A stretch of DNA of 64,000 bases from Microgenomates bacterium OLB23 (GTDB taxonomy: Bacteria; Patescibacteriota; Microgenomatia; UBA1406; HO2-37-13b), in the NCBI GenBank assembly GCA_001567245.1, contig LMZU01000001.1:14235-78234 (forward strand), given 5' to 3'. The position numbers and the translations under genes are program-made. Position 1 is the stretch's first letter. Every line of letters begins with the position of its first letter. Positions 37,469 through 46,185 of the stretch are shown here, in pieces. The notes under the pieces are model-generated. The model searched no databases. It was not told where the DNA came from and saw nothing but the letters and a program-made list of their open reading frames with translations.

Positions 37469-38330
37469 ACGCGCGTTTATATGTGTCGACCAAATATGCG
37501 TTGCCCGACACAATGCCAATGGCAAGCGCTACAGCCGCTTTTAATTGTAGCATATATATAATGAGCCTCTGTTGCAAGGGGGAATAGTGTTTTTTATAGA
37601 AAAAAATATAACCTTGAAATACCTTTATTATAGGTTGGGAACGTGTATTGCTCGATGCAGCCTCTAAATGAATGAAGGTTGCATCGGGGTATACGCCGGT
37701 GGTGAGTTTTTTCTTGGCAGCTCTATACAAAAGGTCAACTTCGTCCCAGTACATAAAAATTGAATTGTCAAATCCGCCAAGAGACGAGAATGTTGCAGCC
37801 TTTGTTATTAGTGCGGCGCCAGACGCCCAGTCTACTTTTTGCGTTTTGCGAACGGGCCAGCGGCTGGCGCCCCAGACATCTCCTTTAAAAAAAAGAGCGG
37901 CTGCTGCAATAAGTGGTGTGTAAAAGCGGCCGCACGATGCTTGTGGAGATTGGTCTTTGTTCACAAGTCGTGCCCCTAAAAAATCAAATTGTTTTTGAGA
38001 TACAAAAAATCTATACAACCGTGGCACGGCATCATTAACTGCTAGAGTATCAGAATTTAAAAACAGCAGGCTGTCTCCCTTGGCAATCATAGCCGCATTG
38101 TTATTGCCTCCAGTAAAACCCAGGTTGTCTTTATGTGCGACAATTCTCACGCGAGAATCTTTAATCTTTGCAAGCATTTTTATGCTTTCATCTTGAGAAT
38201 TGTTGTCCCATACAACGACTTCTGCATTAAGTTTTGCATCATGGTCTAGTGAGGTGAGGATAGAGCAAATACAGTCGTAGGTAATTTGAGCGGTGTTATA
38301 TGAAAGCACAATAATAGAAAGATCCTTCAT
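37446..38330 (-). CDS. glycosyltransferase family 2
   Basis: 294 aa intact, with LSIIVLSYNT...VWDNNSQDES...FLNSD. TATAAT (rc of 38337-38342) lies 6 nt upstream of the ATG. Confidence 0.85.
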   Translation of the reverse strand: MKDLSIIVLSYNTAQITYDCICSILTSLDHDAKLNAEVVVWDNNSQDESIKMLAKIKDSRVRIVAHKDNLGFTGGNNNAAMIAKGDSLLFLNSDTLAVNDAVPRLYRFFVSQKQFDFLGARLVNKDQSPQASCGRFYTPLIAAAALFFKGDVWGASRWPVRKTQKVDWASGAALITKAATFSSLGGFDNSIFMYWDEVDLLYRAAKKKLTTGVYPDATFIHLEAASSNTRSQPIIKVFQGYIFFYKKHYSPLQQRLIIYMLQLKAAVALAIGIVSGNAYLVDTYKRAYEITKKT

Positions 38331-38344
38331 AGCTTAATTATACA

Positions 38345-38373
38345 TTGAAGAATTAAACCTCTGCTATTATACT
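38345..38373 (+). promoter_or_regulatory. sigma70-type promoter of cassette D (-35 TTGAAG, 17 nt, -10 TATACT)
   Basis: TTGAAG 38345-38350 and TATACT 38368-38373. It sits back-to-back with the GT2 -10 box on the other strand. Confidence 0.55.
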
Positions 38374-38397
38374 GTCGCCGAGCGAGAAAGGACACAC

Positions 38398-38601
38398 ATG
38401 CAACCTCAACCCACCTATGCACACATCTATCGCTCGGGTAACGGCTACCGAGTAGATGTGTACGGTTCCAGAGGGCAACCGATGGGTGAACTCAAGAATA
38501 GCAATGGTGGCAAGGATTTTCGCAATTGGGGAATTGCGATGAGAGCTGCACGAGTCGCAGGGCTCGCCAAGCTCCCCCGTCATCTCGGCGGCAGGGGCTA
38601 A
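38398..38601 (+). CDS. small GC-rich cassette protein D (67 aa), same family
   Basis: SD GAAAGGA before ATG 38398. MQPQPTYAHIYRSGNGYRVDVYGSRGQPMGELKNSNGGKDFRNWGIAMRAARVAGLAKLPRHLGGRG. The stop codon lies in the terminator loop. Confidence 0.65.
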   Translation: MQPQPTYAHIYRSGNGYRVDVYGSRGQPMGELKNSNGGKDFRNWGIAMRAARVAGLAKLPRHLGGRG

Positions 38602-38620
38602 GCGTAGCCCCTGCTTTTTT
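38591..38620 (+). terminator. intrinsic terminator 1 of cassette D
   Basis: GCAGGGGCT-aagcgt-AGCCCCTGC followed by T6. Confidence 0.8.
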
Positions 38621-38621
38621 A

Positions 38622-38663
38622 CGAGCCTGCCGCCTCGCTCACCGGCAGGCTCGTTTTCTTTTC
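38622..38663 (+). terminator. intrinsic terminator 2 (tandem) of cassette D
   Basis: CGAGCCTGCCG-cctcgctcac-CGGCAGGCTCG followed by TTTTCTTTTC. Confidence 0.75.
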
Positions 38664-38673
38664 GCAACCTCAA

Positions 38674-38682
38674 TGATATACT
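38674..38682 (+). promoter_or_regulatory. extended -10 promoter of cassette E (TGaTATACT)
   Basis: TG 38674-38675 and TATACT 38677-38682. The -35 is weak (TTTTCT). Confidence 0.5.
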
Positions 38683-38706
38683 ACACATGGGTACAAGGAG
38701 GGTGCA

Positions 38707-38925
38707 ATGTCCAATCGAGACAGGTTTTTCCCAGACAAGTGGTTCATCATTGTCCCCGCAAACGGTTGGTACGAAGTTCATACCTACGCAGGCAGGCGCC
38801 GTGTTGGTGTCATCGAACACAGGGGCAATCCGCTGTTCTCACTTGAGGCTACTGCGCGGGCTGCTGCGGTTGCAGAGGGTTACACAACAGAACGCTTCGA
38901 CACAGATGGTGTCGAAGCGTTCTAA
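38707..38925 (+). CDS. small GC-rich cassette protein E (72 aa), same family
   Basis: SD AAGGAGGG lies 4-5 nt before ATG 38707. MSNRDRFFPDKWFIIVPANGWYEVHTYAGRRRVGVIEHRGNPLFSLEATARAAAVAEGYTTERFDTDGVEAF. Confidence 0.65.
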   Translation: MSNRDRFFPDKWFIIVPANGWYEVHTYAGRRRVGVIEHRGNPLFSLEATARAAAVAEGYTTERFDTDGVEAF

Positions 38926-38943
38926 TCACCAAAATGGTGATAT

Positions 38944-38985
38944 GCCCGGCGGCTATGTACCCACCCGCCGGGCACTTTCTTTACT
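38944..38985 (+). terminator. intrinsic terminator of cassette E
   Basis: GCCCGGCGG (38944-52) pairs with CCGCCGGGC (38965-73), followed by ACTTTCTTTACTT. Confidence 0.6.
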
Positions 38986-39010
38986 TAACCATCTGCTATA
39001 ATTTCTCCAT

Positions 39011-40401
39011 ATGTTAGATGCACAACAAGCTGCCTCTCGATTCTCTATAGACACAATTGCTGCGCTTTTAAAGCGTAGAGGGTTTATATTCCCCTCATCA
39101 GAAATATATGGTGGTTGGGAAGCCGCATACGATTTTGGTCCACTAGGTGCAGAAATTTTGCGCAACATCCGATCATCATGGTGGAAGCACTTTGTGCATA
39201 TGTCTGATCGAAATGTTGGCCTTGATGGAGCGCTCATTTCGCACCCACGAGTATGGGAAGCAAGCGGTCATGTTGAAGCATTTAATGACGTAATGGTAGA
39301 AGACACTGTAACAAAAAAGCGCTACAGAGCCGATCATATAATAGAAGATGCAACTGGCGAAAAAGTAGATGGCATGTCGCCCGAAGAAATAAACAAGCTT
39401 ATTCAGGCTAAACGCATAAAAAGCCCAGATGGCAATGCATTATCAGAAGCAAAAAGATTTAACATTTTAGTAGAAGCACAAGTAGGCACAGTTGCAGATC
39501 AAAAAACAACTGCATATTTGCGCGGCGAAACATGCCAGGCAATTTTTTACAACTTTAAACTAGTTAAAGACAGCATGCGACTCAAACTTCCCTTTGGTAT
39601 TGCACAAGTTGGCAAGGCATTTCGAAATGAAATAAAAAGTTGGTCCATATGTATTCAGAACACGCGAGTTTGAACAAATGGAACTAGAAGTATTCTTAAA
39701 AAGAAGATGAGGCTATGCAAAAGTATGAAGATCTTAAAGAAGAAAGTGTAGCCTGGCTTAAAAGCATAGGGATAGATACATCTAAATTACGCTTTCGCGA
39801 TCAAGAGTTTAAAGAAAGAGCGCACTATAATAAAGTTGCCACAGATCTTGAATATGAGTTTCCATTTGGATGGAAGGAGTTTCAGGGTATTCATTACCGT
39901 GGAGATTGGGATTTAAAGCGACATAGTGAGTTTTCTGGCGAAGACCTATCATATCGTGATGACGAAACGGGTGCCTTATTTATCCCTCATGTTACAGAAT
40001 ACTCCATTGGTCTCAATCGACTTCTTCTTGTTATTGTGTGTGATGCTTATCACCAAGATGATAAGAGAACATATCTTAAATTACATCCCCATATTGCGCC
40101 CTATAAGGTTGCGGTCTTTCCTCTTGTGCGCAACAAAGAAGAACTAACAAATAAAGCACGCACTGTTTTTACCGATCTAAAGCAGCTTGGGTATTATGTG
40201 GCGTGGGATGATCGTGGCAATATAGGCAAGCGCTACCTATCTCAAGACGAAATCGGCACGCCGCTTTGTGTTACGATAGATTATCAAACGCTAGAAGATA
40301 ACACTGTCACTGTGCGCAATCGTGACACAATGGTGCAAGAGCGTGTAAAACTTGATACACTAAATCAGTACATTACAACTTTCATTACAAATTACGCGTA
40401 A
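39011..40401 (+). CDS. glyQS: glycyl-tRNA synthetase (alpha2 dimeric type); two frameshifts in assembly
   Basis: ORFs 39011..39673 and 39715..40401. Reading A5 39634-39638 and A5 39698-39702 each as A4 restores ...[44 protein letters not shown]... TATAAT 38997-39002 lies 8 nt before the ATG. Confidence 0.9.
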
Positions 40402-40412
40402 CTAATATTGAC

Positions 40413-40910
40413 ATGAAAATGATTGAAAAAAATAAAAACATGATCATAGTGCTTGTGGTGCTGGTTTTACTTGTTGGAGTAGGCTTTTTCTTTACAAGGG
40501 GCAGGGGCGCAGACAAGTCTGGCGATTCTGCGGATGAAGAAATTCTTCCTGATGTTGAGGTTATTCCGACGGTTACCGAAGATGTAAAAGTTACTATTAC
40601 GGCTGATGCAAAGGTGCAAGAGGCATCGCTTTCTATTATGGGCGTTCCAGAAGGCACAGAGGCTATAGAATATGAGCTTTCATATGATGCATTGGTAGAA
40701 GGAGAAAAAGTACCTAAGGGAGTTATAGGTACCATAGAGTTTGATGGCAAAGAGCCTGTAAAACGAACTATTACTCTTGGCACTTGCTCTTCGGGTACCT
40801 GTAAATACGATAAGGGTATTTCGACGGTAAAAGCTACACTAAAGTTTAGCGGCTCGTATGGCGACCAGCTTTTCGAATCTGAATACAACCTCGGGGGTGA
40901 TTTAGAGTAA
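40413..40910 (+). CDS. hypothetical membrane-anchored extracytoplasmic protein
   Basis: 165 aa, with an N-terminal TM (IIVLVVLVLLVGVGFFF) followed by a beta-rich domain. The antisense 40385..40915 ORF is Ser-rich low complexity. Confidence 0.6.
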   Translation: MKMIEKNKNMIIVLVVLVLLVGVGFFFTRGRGADKSGDSADEEILPDVEVIPTVTEDVKVTITADAKVQEASLSIMGVPEGTEAIEYELSYDALVEGEKVPKGVIGTIEFDGKEPVKRTITLGTCSSGTCKYDKGISTVKATLKFSGSYGDQLFESEYNLGGDLE

Positions 40911-41007
40911 CACAAAAACCCAAATAAGAATTAACTTTTAGTTAATATTCATTAATCTTCTCGTTAGTCCTATTTTTGTTCAACTTTTTTTTTGCGTCTT
41001 CCCACAA

Positions 41008-41029
41008 ACCCTACCTGTAGGGTGTTTTG
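41008..41029 (+). terminator. weak hairpin plus T-tract after the 40413 gene
   Basis: ACCCTAC-ct-GTAGGGT followed by GTTTT. The stem is short and the loop tight. Confidence 0.35.
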
Positions 41030-41043
41030 AACTCAATTACGCC

Positions 41044-41073
41044 TTGACAGACGTGAAATAAACGGTGTATTAT
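41044..41073 (+). promoter_or_regulatory. dcw cluster promoter (-35 TTGACA, 18 nt, -10 TATTAT), 8 nt before mraZ ATG
   Basis: TTGACA 41044-41049 and TATTAT 41068-41073. There is no SD before ATG 41082. Confidence 0.6.
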
Positions 41074-41081
41074 GGTTAGTA

Positions 41082-41480
41082 ATGGTGTTTTTCGGTGAAT
41101 ATTCGGTTTCGGTAACAGACGGAGGAAGAATCGCAATTCCGAAGAAGATACGGGAGAACTTAAAAGGCGACGTATGTGTGGTAACAAAAGGATTTGATGT
41201 ATGTCTTGCGGGGTACGACAAAGATGATTGGACTCGTAGAACAGCCGAAATAAGCACAGTATCGCTCCTTGACAAAGAACAAATTGACAAAAGACGTATG
41301 CTTTTTTCGGGAGCACAAGAGCTTGAGATTGATGAGCAAGGGCGTTTGGTGCTCCCTAAATCACTTACGCAATACATGAAGTTTTCATCACAAAAAATGA
41401 AAGTAATTGGGGTTGGAGATCATTTTGAAATTTGGGACGAAGCGGCGTGGGATGCATATCTTACGCACATAAAGATGTAA
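41082..41480 (+). CDS. mraZ: transcriptional regulator MraZ
   Basis: 132 aa, with duplicated SpoVT-AbrB halves (GRIAIPKKIRENL / GRLVLPKSLTQYM). Confidence 0.9.
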   Translation: MVFFGEYSVSVTDGGRIAIPKKIRENLKGDVCVVTKGFDVCLAGYDKDDWTRRTAEISTVSLLDKEQIDKRRMLFSGAQELEIDEQGRLVLPKSLTQYMKFSSQKMKVIGVGDHFEIWDEAAWDAYLTHIKM

Positions 41481-41482
41481 TC

Positions 41483-42305
41483 ATGCATACATCGGTACTT
41501 TTACACGAAGCAGTCGATAGTTTACACGTTGTACCTAACGGACGGTATGTAGACGCCACATTTGGGGTTGGTGGTCATAGCCGTCTTATTGCTGAGCAAG
41601 GGGCAAAGGTTTTAGCGTTAGAGTGGGACTCACATATTGTGAAGCTCTACGCAGATGGGTTACGTAACTTGGGTATAGCGCTGGTAGAGGCTAACTATGC
41701 CAATATAGCGCAAATTGCCAAGGAAAAAAATTTTGTCCCTTGCGACGGCATACTGTTTGACCTTGGGCTATCGATGGTTCAAATACGAGAGAGCGGTCGA
41801 GGTTTTAGTTATGAAAAAGATGAGGAGCCTCTAGATATGCGGCTCAATAACGAACTGCGCGTAAGCGCAGCAGACATAATTGCAAGTTATTCAAAAGATC
41901 AACTATATGAAATATTTACAAAACATGCTGAAGAACTCAGTGCTGGGACAATTGTGGAATATATTGTCCGCGCCCGTACTTTGAAACGCATACAAACAGT
42001 TGGAGACTTGAAAGTTGCCATGGGAGAACACAGTAATGTGCAAACCTTGGCCAGAATCTTTCAGGCACTCAGGATGGAAGTGAACAATGAATTTCGAAAC
42101 ATTACTCTTGCACTAAAAGGGAGTTTCGAAATTCTTAAGACAGGAGGGAGAATTGCAGTTATCACATTCCATCCTGGCGAAGATAGATTAGTAAAGCGCG
42201 AATTAGCGCTAATTGGTTTTAAAGAGGTTCATAAAAAACCAATAAAAGGTAGTTATAAAAAAAAGTTTCGAACGTTCAGCAAAGTTAAGAATTGCAGAAA
42301 AATAA
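41483..42305 (+). CDS. rsmH: 16S rRNA m4C1402 methyltransferase RsmH; one frameshift
   Basis: MHTSVLLHEAVDSL...DATFGVGGHS...DLGLSMVQ. Reading the A8 run 42257-42264 with a 1-nt correction restores the canonical end ...ERSAKLRIAEK*. Confidence 0.9.
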
Positions 42306-42309
42306 ACTT

Positions 42310-42639
42310 ATGATGTGGAGACAAAAAAACAGAAGAAGGATGGAACCAAAAAAACCCCATGATTTTTTATTTATAGCAAAAATCATAGGTGTAATAATGG
42401 TATTGGGGCTAATGCCAGGCAACATAGTGGTGTTTGCAAAGTCGGTACATCTTGCTGATAACATATCTATTCTTGAAAAAGATATTGCCTCAGTTCGCAA
42501 AGAGAACGAATACCTTCAGAAAAAAATGTATGCTGAAAATTCACTTACTTCACTTATGTACTCTGCTGAACAACTAGGATTTACTAAACAAGCAGAGCCA
42601 GTATTCTTTGAAAAGCCACACTATGCTATGGCACAATAA
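42310..42639 (+). CDS. ftsL: FtsL-like division protein (single TM plus coiled coil)
   Basis: Position between rsmH and ftsI, with a TM (FLFIAKIIGVIMVLGL) followed by a heptad region. Confidence 0.55.
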   Translation: MMWRQKNRRRMEPKKPHDFLFIAKIIGVIMVLGLMPGNIVVFAKSVHLADNISILEKDIASVRKENEYLQKKMYAENSLTSLMYSAEQLGFTKQAEPVFFEKPHYAMAQ

Positions 42640-42647
42640 GTTCAAAT

Positions 42648-44311
42648 ATGCGAAGAGTATATGTTTTAGCTACACTATTCTTATTCTGCCTCACCGCAAT
42701 TGTTATTAAACTTTTCTATATTCAAATTTTTTGCCTCTTCTACCTATACACCCAACAATTATTTACGCTCTACTCGCATTGAGCCATCTCGAGGAACAAT
42801 ATATGATCGCAACAAAGAACCACTCGTTGTTAACCAGTCATATTACACACTATTCGGAGAGCCTAAAAATATAGATGATCCGTGGAAACTACTCAAACAA
42901 ATTGACGAGGTAACTTTAACCGGAGAAGCAACGCTTTCAGCAAGATTTAATAAGGAGAAACAATGGGTGCCTCTTGCTTACAATGTAACCGAAGACCAAA
43001 AAAAAATGCTAGAGAGTAAAAAAACTGGTAGGAATAGGGTTTGATGAGTATAAAAAAAGATATTACCCAGAAGCTTCAATTGCAGCACAGCTTCTTGGCT
43101 TCGTTGGCAAAGATGATGAAGGAGATAAAGTAGGGTACTTTGGTGTTGAGGGTTACTATCATAAAGACCTAGAGGGCCTTCCTGGAATATTAAAAACAGA
43201 ACGAGACATAATAGGAAGGCCAATAGTAATTGGTACACAAGATCGTTTAAAAGGCGAAAACGGGCGCAGCCTTGTGCTTACCATAGACAAAACTACCCAA
43301 ATGATTGTGAAGCGAGAGCTACAAGCAGCCATGGAAAAATACCGCGCGCAGCGCGGGTGCGTGACAGTAGCAGACCCACGTACAGGAGAAATTCTTGCAA
43401 TGTCTTGCCTTCCAGATTTTGACCCTGACAATTACTTTAAATTTTCACAAAATGAATTTAGAAACCCTATTGTTTCAGATACATTTGAACCAGGGTCTAT
43501 TTTTAAACCACTCATTGTTGCAGCAGCACTAGAAGAAAAAGTAATACAAGCAGACGACACCTACGATGAAAAAGGTCCAATTCAAATGGGCCAATATTAC
43601 ATTCGCACCTGGAACGATGAATATAACGGAACAATTTCAATTTCACGCATTTTGCAGACTTCATCTAATGTGGGAATGGTATACATTGGTGAAAAGCTAG
43701 GGAATGAAAAAATTCTCACTTACTTAGACAAGTTTGGTTTTGGAAAGCAAACAGGTATAGATTTGCAGGGAGAAGTAGAAACCCGTATTAAACCTAAAAA
43801 AATGTGGTATCCAATAGACTTTGCCACTGTCACTTTTGGGCAGGGTATAGCGGTATCGCAAATTCAAATGATTACTGCATTTTCTTCACTAATTAACGGA
43901 GGATATATGGTAAAACCATATGTTGTAAAAGAGCTCGTAACAGAAAACGGCGAATCAAAAGAAATAAAACCAAAAAAGCTCCGCCGCGTAATTAGCGAAA
44001 AAACCTCAAAATCAATTATAAAAATGCTTGAAGAAACGGTAAAACATGGTGAGGCAAAATGGGATGTACCAAAAGGATACCGAATTGGTGGAAAAACAGG
44101 TACAGCTCAAATTGCAGTCTCAGGCAAGTATGATGCAACAAAAACTAATGCTTCTTATATAGGTTTTGCTCCTGCACAAGATCCAAAGTTCATCATTCTC
44201 GTAAGTCTTAGCCAGCCAGAAACATCACAATGGGCTTCAGAAACAGCTGCGCCATTATTTTTTAGCATAGCTAAAAACCTGTTTGTGGAGTATAATATAG
44301 CTCCAAACTAG
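42648..44311 (+). CDS. ftsI: penicillin-binding protein 2B/FtsI-type transpeptidase; two frameshifts
   Basis: MRRVYVLATLFLF... TM, PBP dimer domain (RGTIYDRNKEPLV), and transpeptidase motifs including KTGTA. The frames join if T6 42727-42732 is read as T5 and A7 43018-43024 as A6. Confidence 0.85.
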
Positions 44312-44317
44312 CTAAAT

Positions 44318-45529
44318 ATGATACGTACAATAAAGAATTCTTATCATCTTATACAGGCGCTATTGGCAAATATAAAATACGGCTTTCCAAGCCGCTCACT
44401 TAATGTTATTGGGGTAACTGGCACCGATGGCAAAACAACTACCTCACACCTTATCTACCATATTCTTAAATCAGCTGGTAAGAGTGTCTCTATTACATCT
44501 TCTGTATATGCAGATATTGCTGGTGAAATTTCGGATACTGGCTTGCATGTGACAACACAAAGCAGGTGGGAAATTCAAAAAAACCTCCGTAAAGCAGCGC
44601 AAAAAGGATGCGAATATTTTGTTATCGAAACAACATCTCATGGCATAGATCAGTTCAGGGTAGGGTGGGTTAAATTTGCTTACTCTGTATTGACAAATAT
44701 AACTAAGGAGCACCTCGATTATCATAAAACATACGAAAACTATCTTAAAACAAAGGTAAAATTGCTTTCATGGGCACAAAAAAGTCGCATAGTGAACAAA
44801 GATGCACTAGCCTTTCACGATGTGGCCAAAATACTCTTAGCCGAAAAAAAACCCTTCGTTACTTATTCATTGCACGATGATGCAAACTATGTGTGGTCTG
44901 ACAAAATTAAAACAACACTCTCAGAAGATTTTAATCATGAAAATATAATGGCTGCAATTGCGTGTTGCCGAGAAATTGGCCTTACCCAGTCGGAAATATT
45001 AAAAGGTGTACGCACTTTTACCCTACCAAAGGGTAGACTGGACTGCGTATACGATCAAGATTTCAAGATATTTATTGATTTTGCTCATACACCAAACTCA
45101 ATTAGAAAGCTCCTTGGCGAGCTAAGCAAAACAAAAGGAAGGGTAATCCACGTGTTTGGATCGGCGGGCCTGCGAGATGCAGAAAAACGTCCCGATATGG
45201 GTAGAGCAAGTGGTGAGTTTGCAGATATTGTTGTTATTACAGAAGAAGATTATAGAACCGAAAAGTTTCAATCTATTGCGGGGGCCATTATTAAAGGGCT
45301 AAATGAACAAGGCTTTACCAAAGCAAAGACAAAAATTCCCGAGATCAAGCAATATGTGCTTAAAGAAAGACGACAAGAAGCAATTTCTTTTGCTGTTAGT
45401 ATTGCAAAAAAACATGACGTTATTGTGCTTACAGGTAAGGGACACGAGCAGAGTCTTGCTAGGGGCAAGAAAGAATACTCATGGGACGAGTACAGAGCGG
45501 TGCGTAAGGCACTGATATTAAAGCAATGA
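44318..45529 (+). CDS. murE: Mur ligase, MurE-like (UDP-MurNAc-tripeptide synthetase), short form lacking N-terminal domain 1
   Basis: 403 aa intact, with GVTGTDGKTTT, ETTSHG, DFAHTP, GSAGLRDAEKRPDMG and GKGHE. TEEDYR occupies the position of the DNPR motif. Confidence 0.75.
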   Translation: MIRTIKNSYHLIQALLANIKYGFPSRSLNVIGVTGTDGKTTTSHLIYHILKSAGKSVSITSSVYADIAGEISDTGLHVTTQSRWEIQKNLRKAAQKGCEYFVIETTSHGIDQFRVGWVKFAYSVLTNITKEHLDYHKTYENYLKTKVKLLSWAQKSRIVNKDALAFHDVAKILLAEKKPFVTYSLHDDANYVWSDKIKTTLSEDFNHENIMAAIACCREIGLTQSEILKGVRTFTLPKGRLDCVYDQDFKIFIDFAHTPNSIRKLLGELSKTKGRVIHVFGSAGLRDAEKRPDMGRASGEFADIVVITEEDYRTEKFQSIAGAIIKGLNEQGFTKAKTKIPEIKQYVLKERRQEAISFAVSIAKKHDVIVLTGKGHEQSLARGKKEYSWDEYRAVRKALILKQ

Positions 45530-46185
45530 TATATTCTGGTGCACAGATTAAGCCAACAATATTTCCTAAGACTGTAGATGCTGCATTTGGCACAAAAATG
45601 TTTGACGATGGCCTGCTTGGTACAAGTAAGGTATATATGCAGCAGACACATGGCGACAGCATTGCCTTTATTCAAAAAAAATCTCAAGTTGGCCATGTAG
45701 ACGGCGTAATGACCTCACAAAAGAATACATCTTTATGCGTATTAACCGCAGATTGTGTACCTATACTTTACTACGATTCAGTACATGGCCTTATTGGTGT
45801 ATCACATCAGGGTTGGAGGGGTACTTTGCTAAGAATGCCACACAAAATGCTACAATATTTTAATGCTCACGGTAGTACCCCAGAATCTATGCATGTAGCT
45901 ATAGGCCCTAGTATTGGAGCTTGCTGTTACGAGATATATGGTGAAAGAAAGAATTTATTTCAAAAAGAGTTTGCCAACTATGGTGACATTTTTGTAAAAA
46001 ATAATGATAAAACAATGCTTAATTTAGCTCTAGTTAACTACCAAATGTTAAGAGAAGCTGGAGTTTGTGTTGAGAATATAGAATATTGCCTAGACTGTAC
46101 CGCCTGCAGAAACGATGTGTTTTATTCGTATAATAAAGGCAATACAGGTCGCAACATAAGTTACATAAAAAATTGTGTGCTATGA
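45526..46185 (+). CDS. pgeF: YfiH/PgeF (DUF152, laccase-domain) peptidoglycan editing factor-like
   Basis: TADCVPILYYD, SHQGWRGT and GPSIGACCYE motifs. Confidence 0.8.
   Translation: MIYSGAQIKPTIFPKTVDAAFGTKMFDDGLLGTSKVYMQQTHGDSIAFIQKKSQVGHVDGVMTSQKNTSLCVLTADCVPILYYDSVHGLIGVSHQGWRGTLLRMPHKMLQYFNAHGSTPESMHVAIGPSIGACCYEIYGERKNLFQKEFANYGDIFVKNNDKTMLNLALVNYQMLREAGVCVENIEYCLDCTACRNDVFYSYNKGNTGRNISYIKNCVL

Noticed and set aside
38353-39001. Long ORFs 38353..38820 (-), 38526..38846 (+) and 38687..39001 (+) in island 3
   Set aside because: They are alternative-frame or antisense shadows of cassettes D and E. They cross terminators and lack SD and promoter, whereas D and E have complete signals and the family motif.
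40385-40915. 176-aa minus-strand ORF
   Set aside because: It is a Ser/Thr/Pro-rich mirror of the plus-strand gene 40413..40910. The plus-strand gene has a plausible signal anchor and a globular beta-rich domain.
40990-41043. MraZ operator repeats upstream of the dcw promoter
   Set aside because: I looked for evenly spaced GTGGG/TGGGA-type direct repeats and saw only one GTGGGA and one TAGGG (minus strand), with no regular 10-nt phasing. This is not enough to call.
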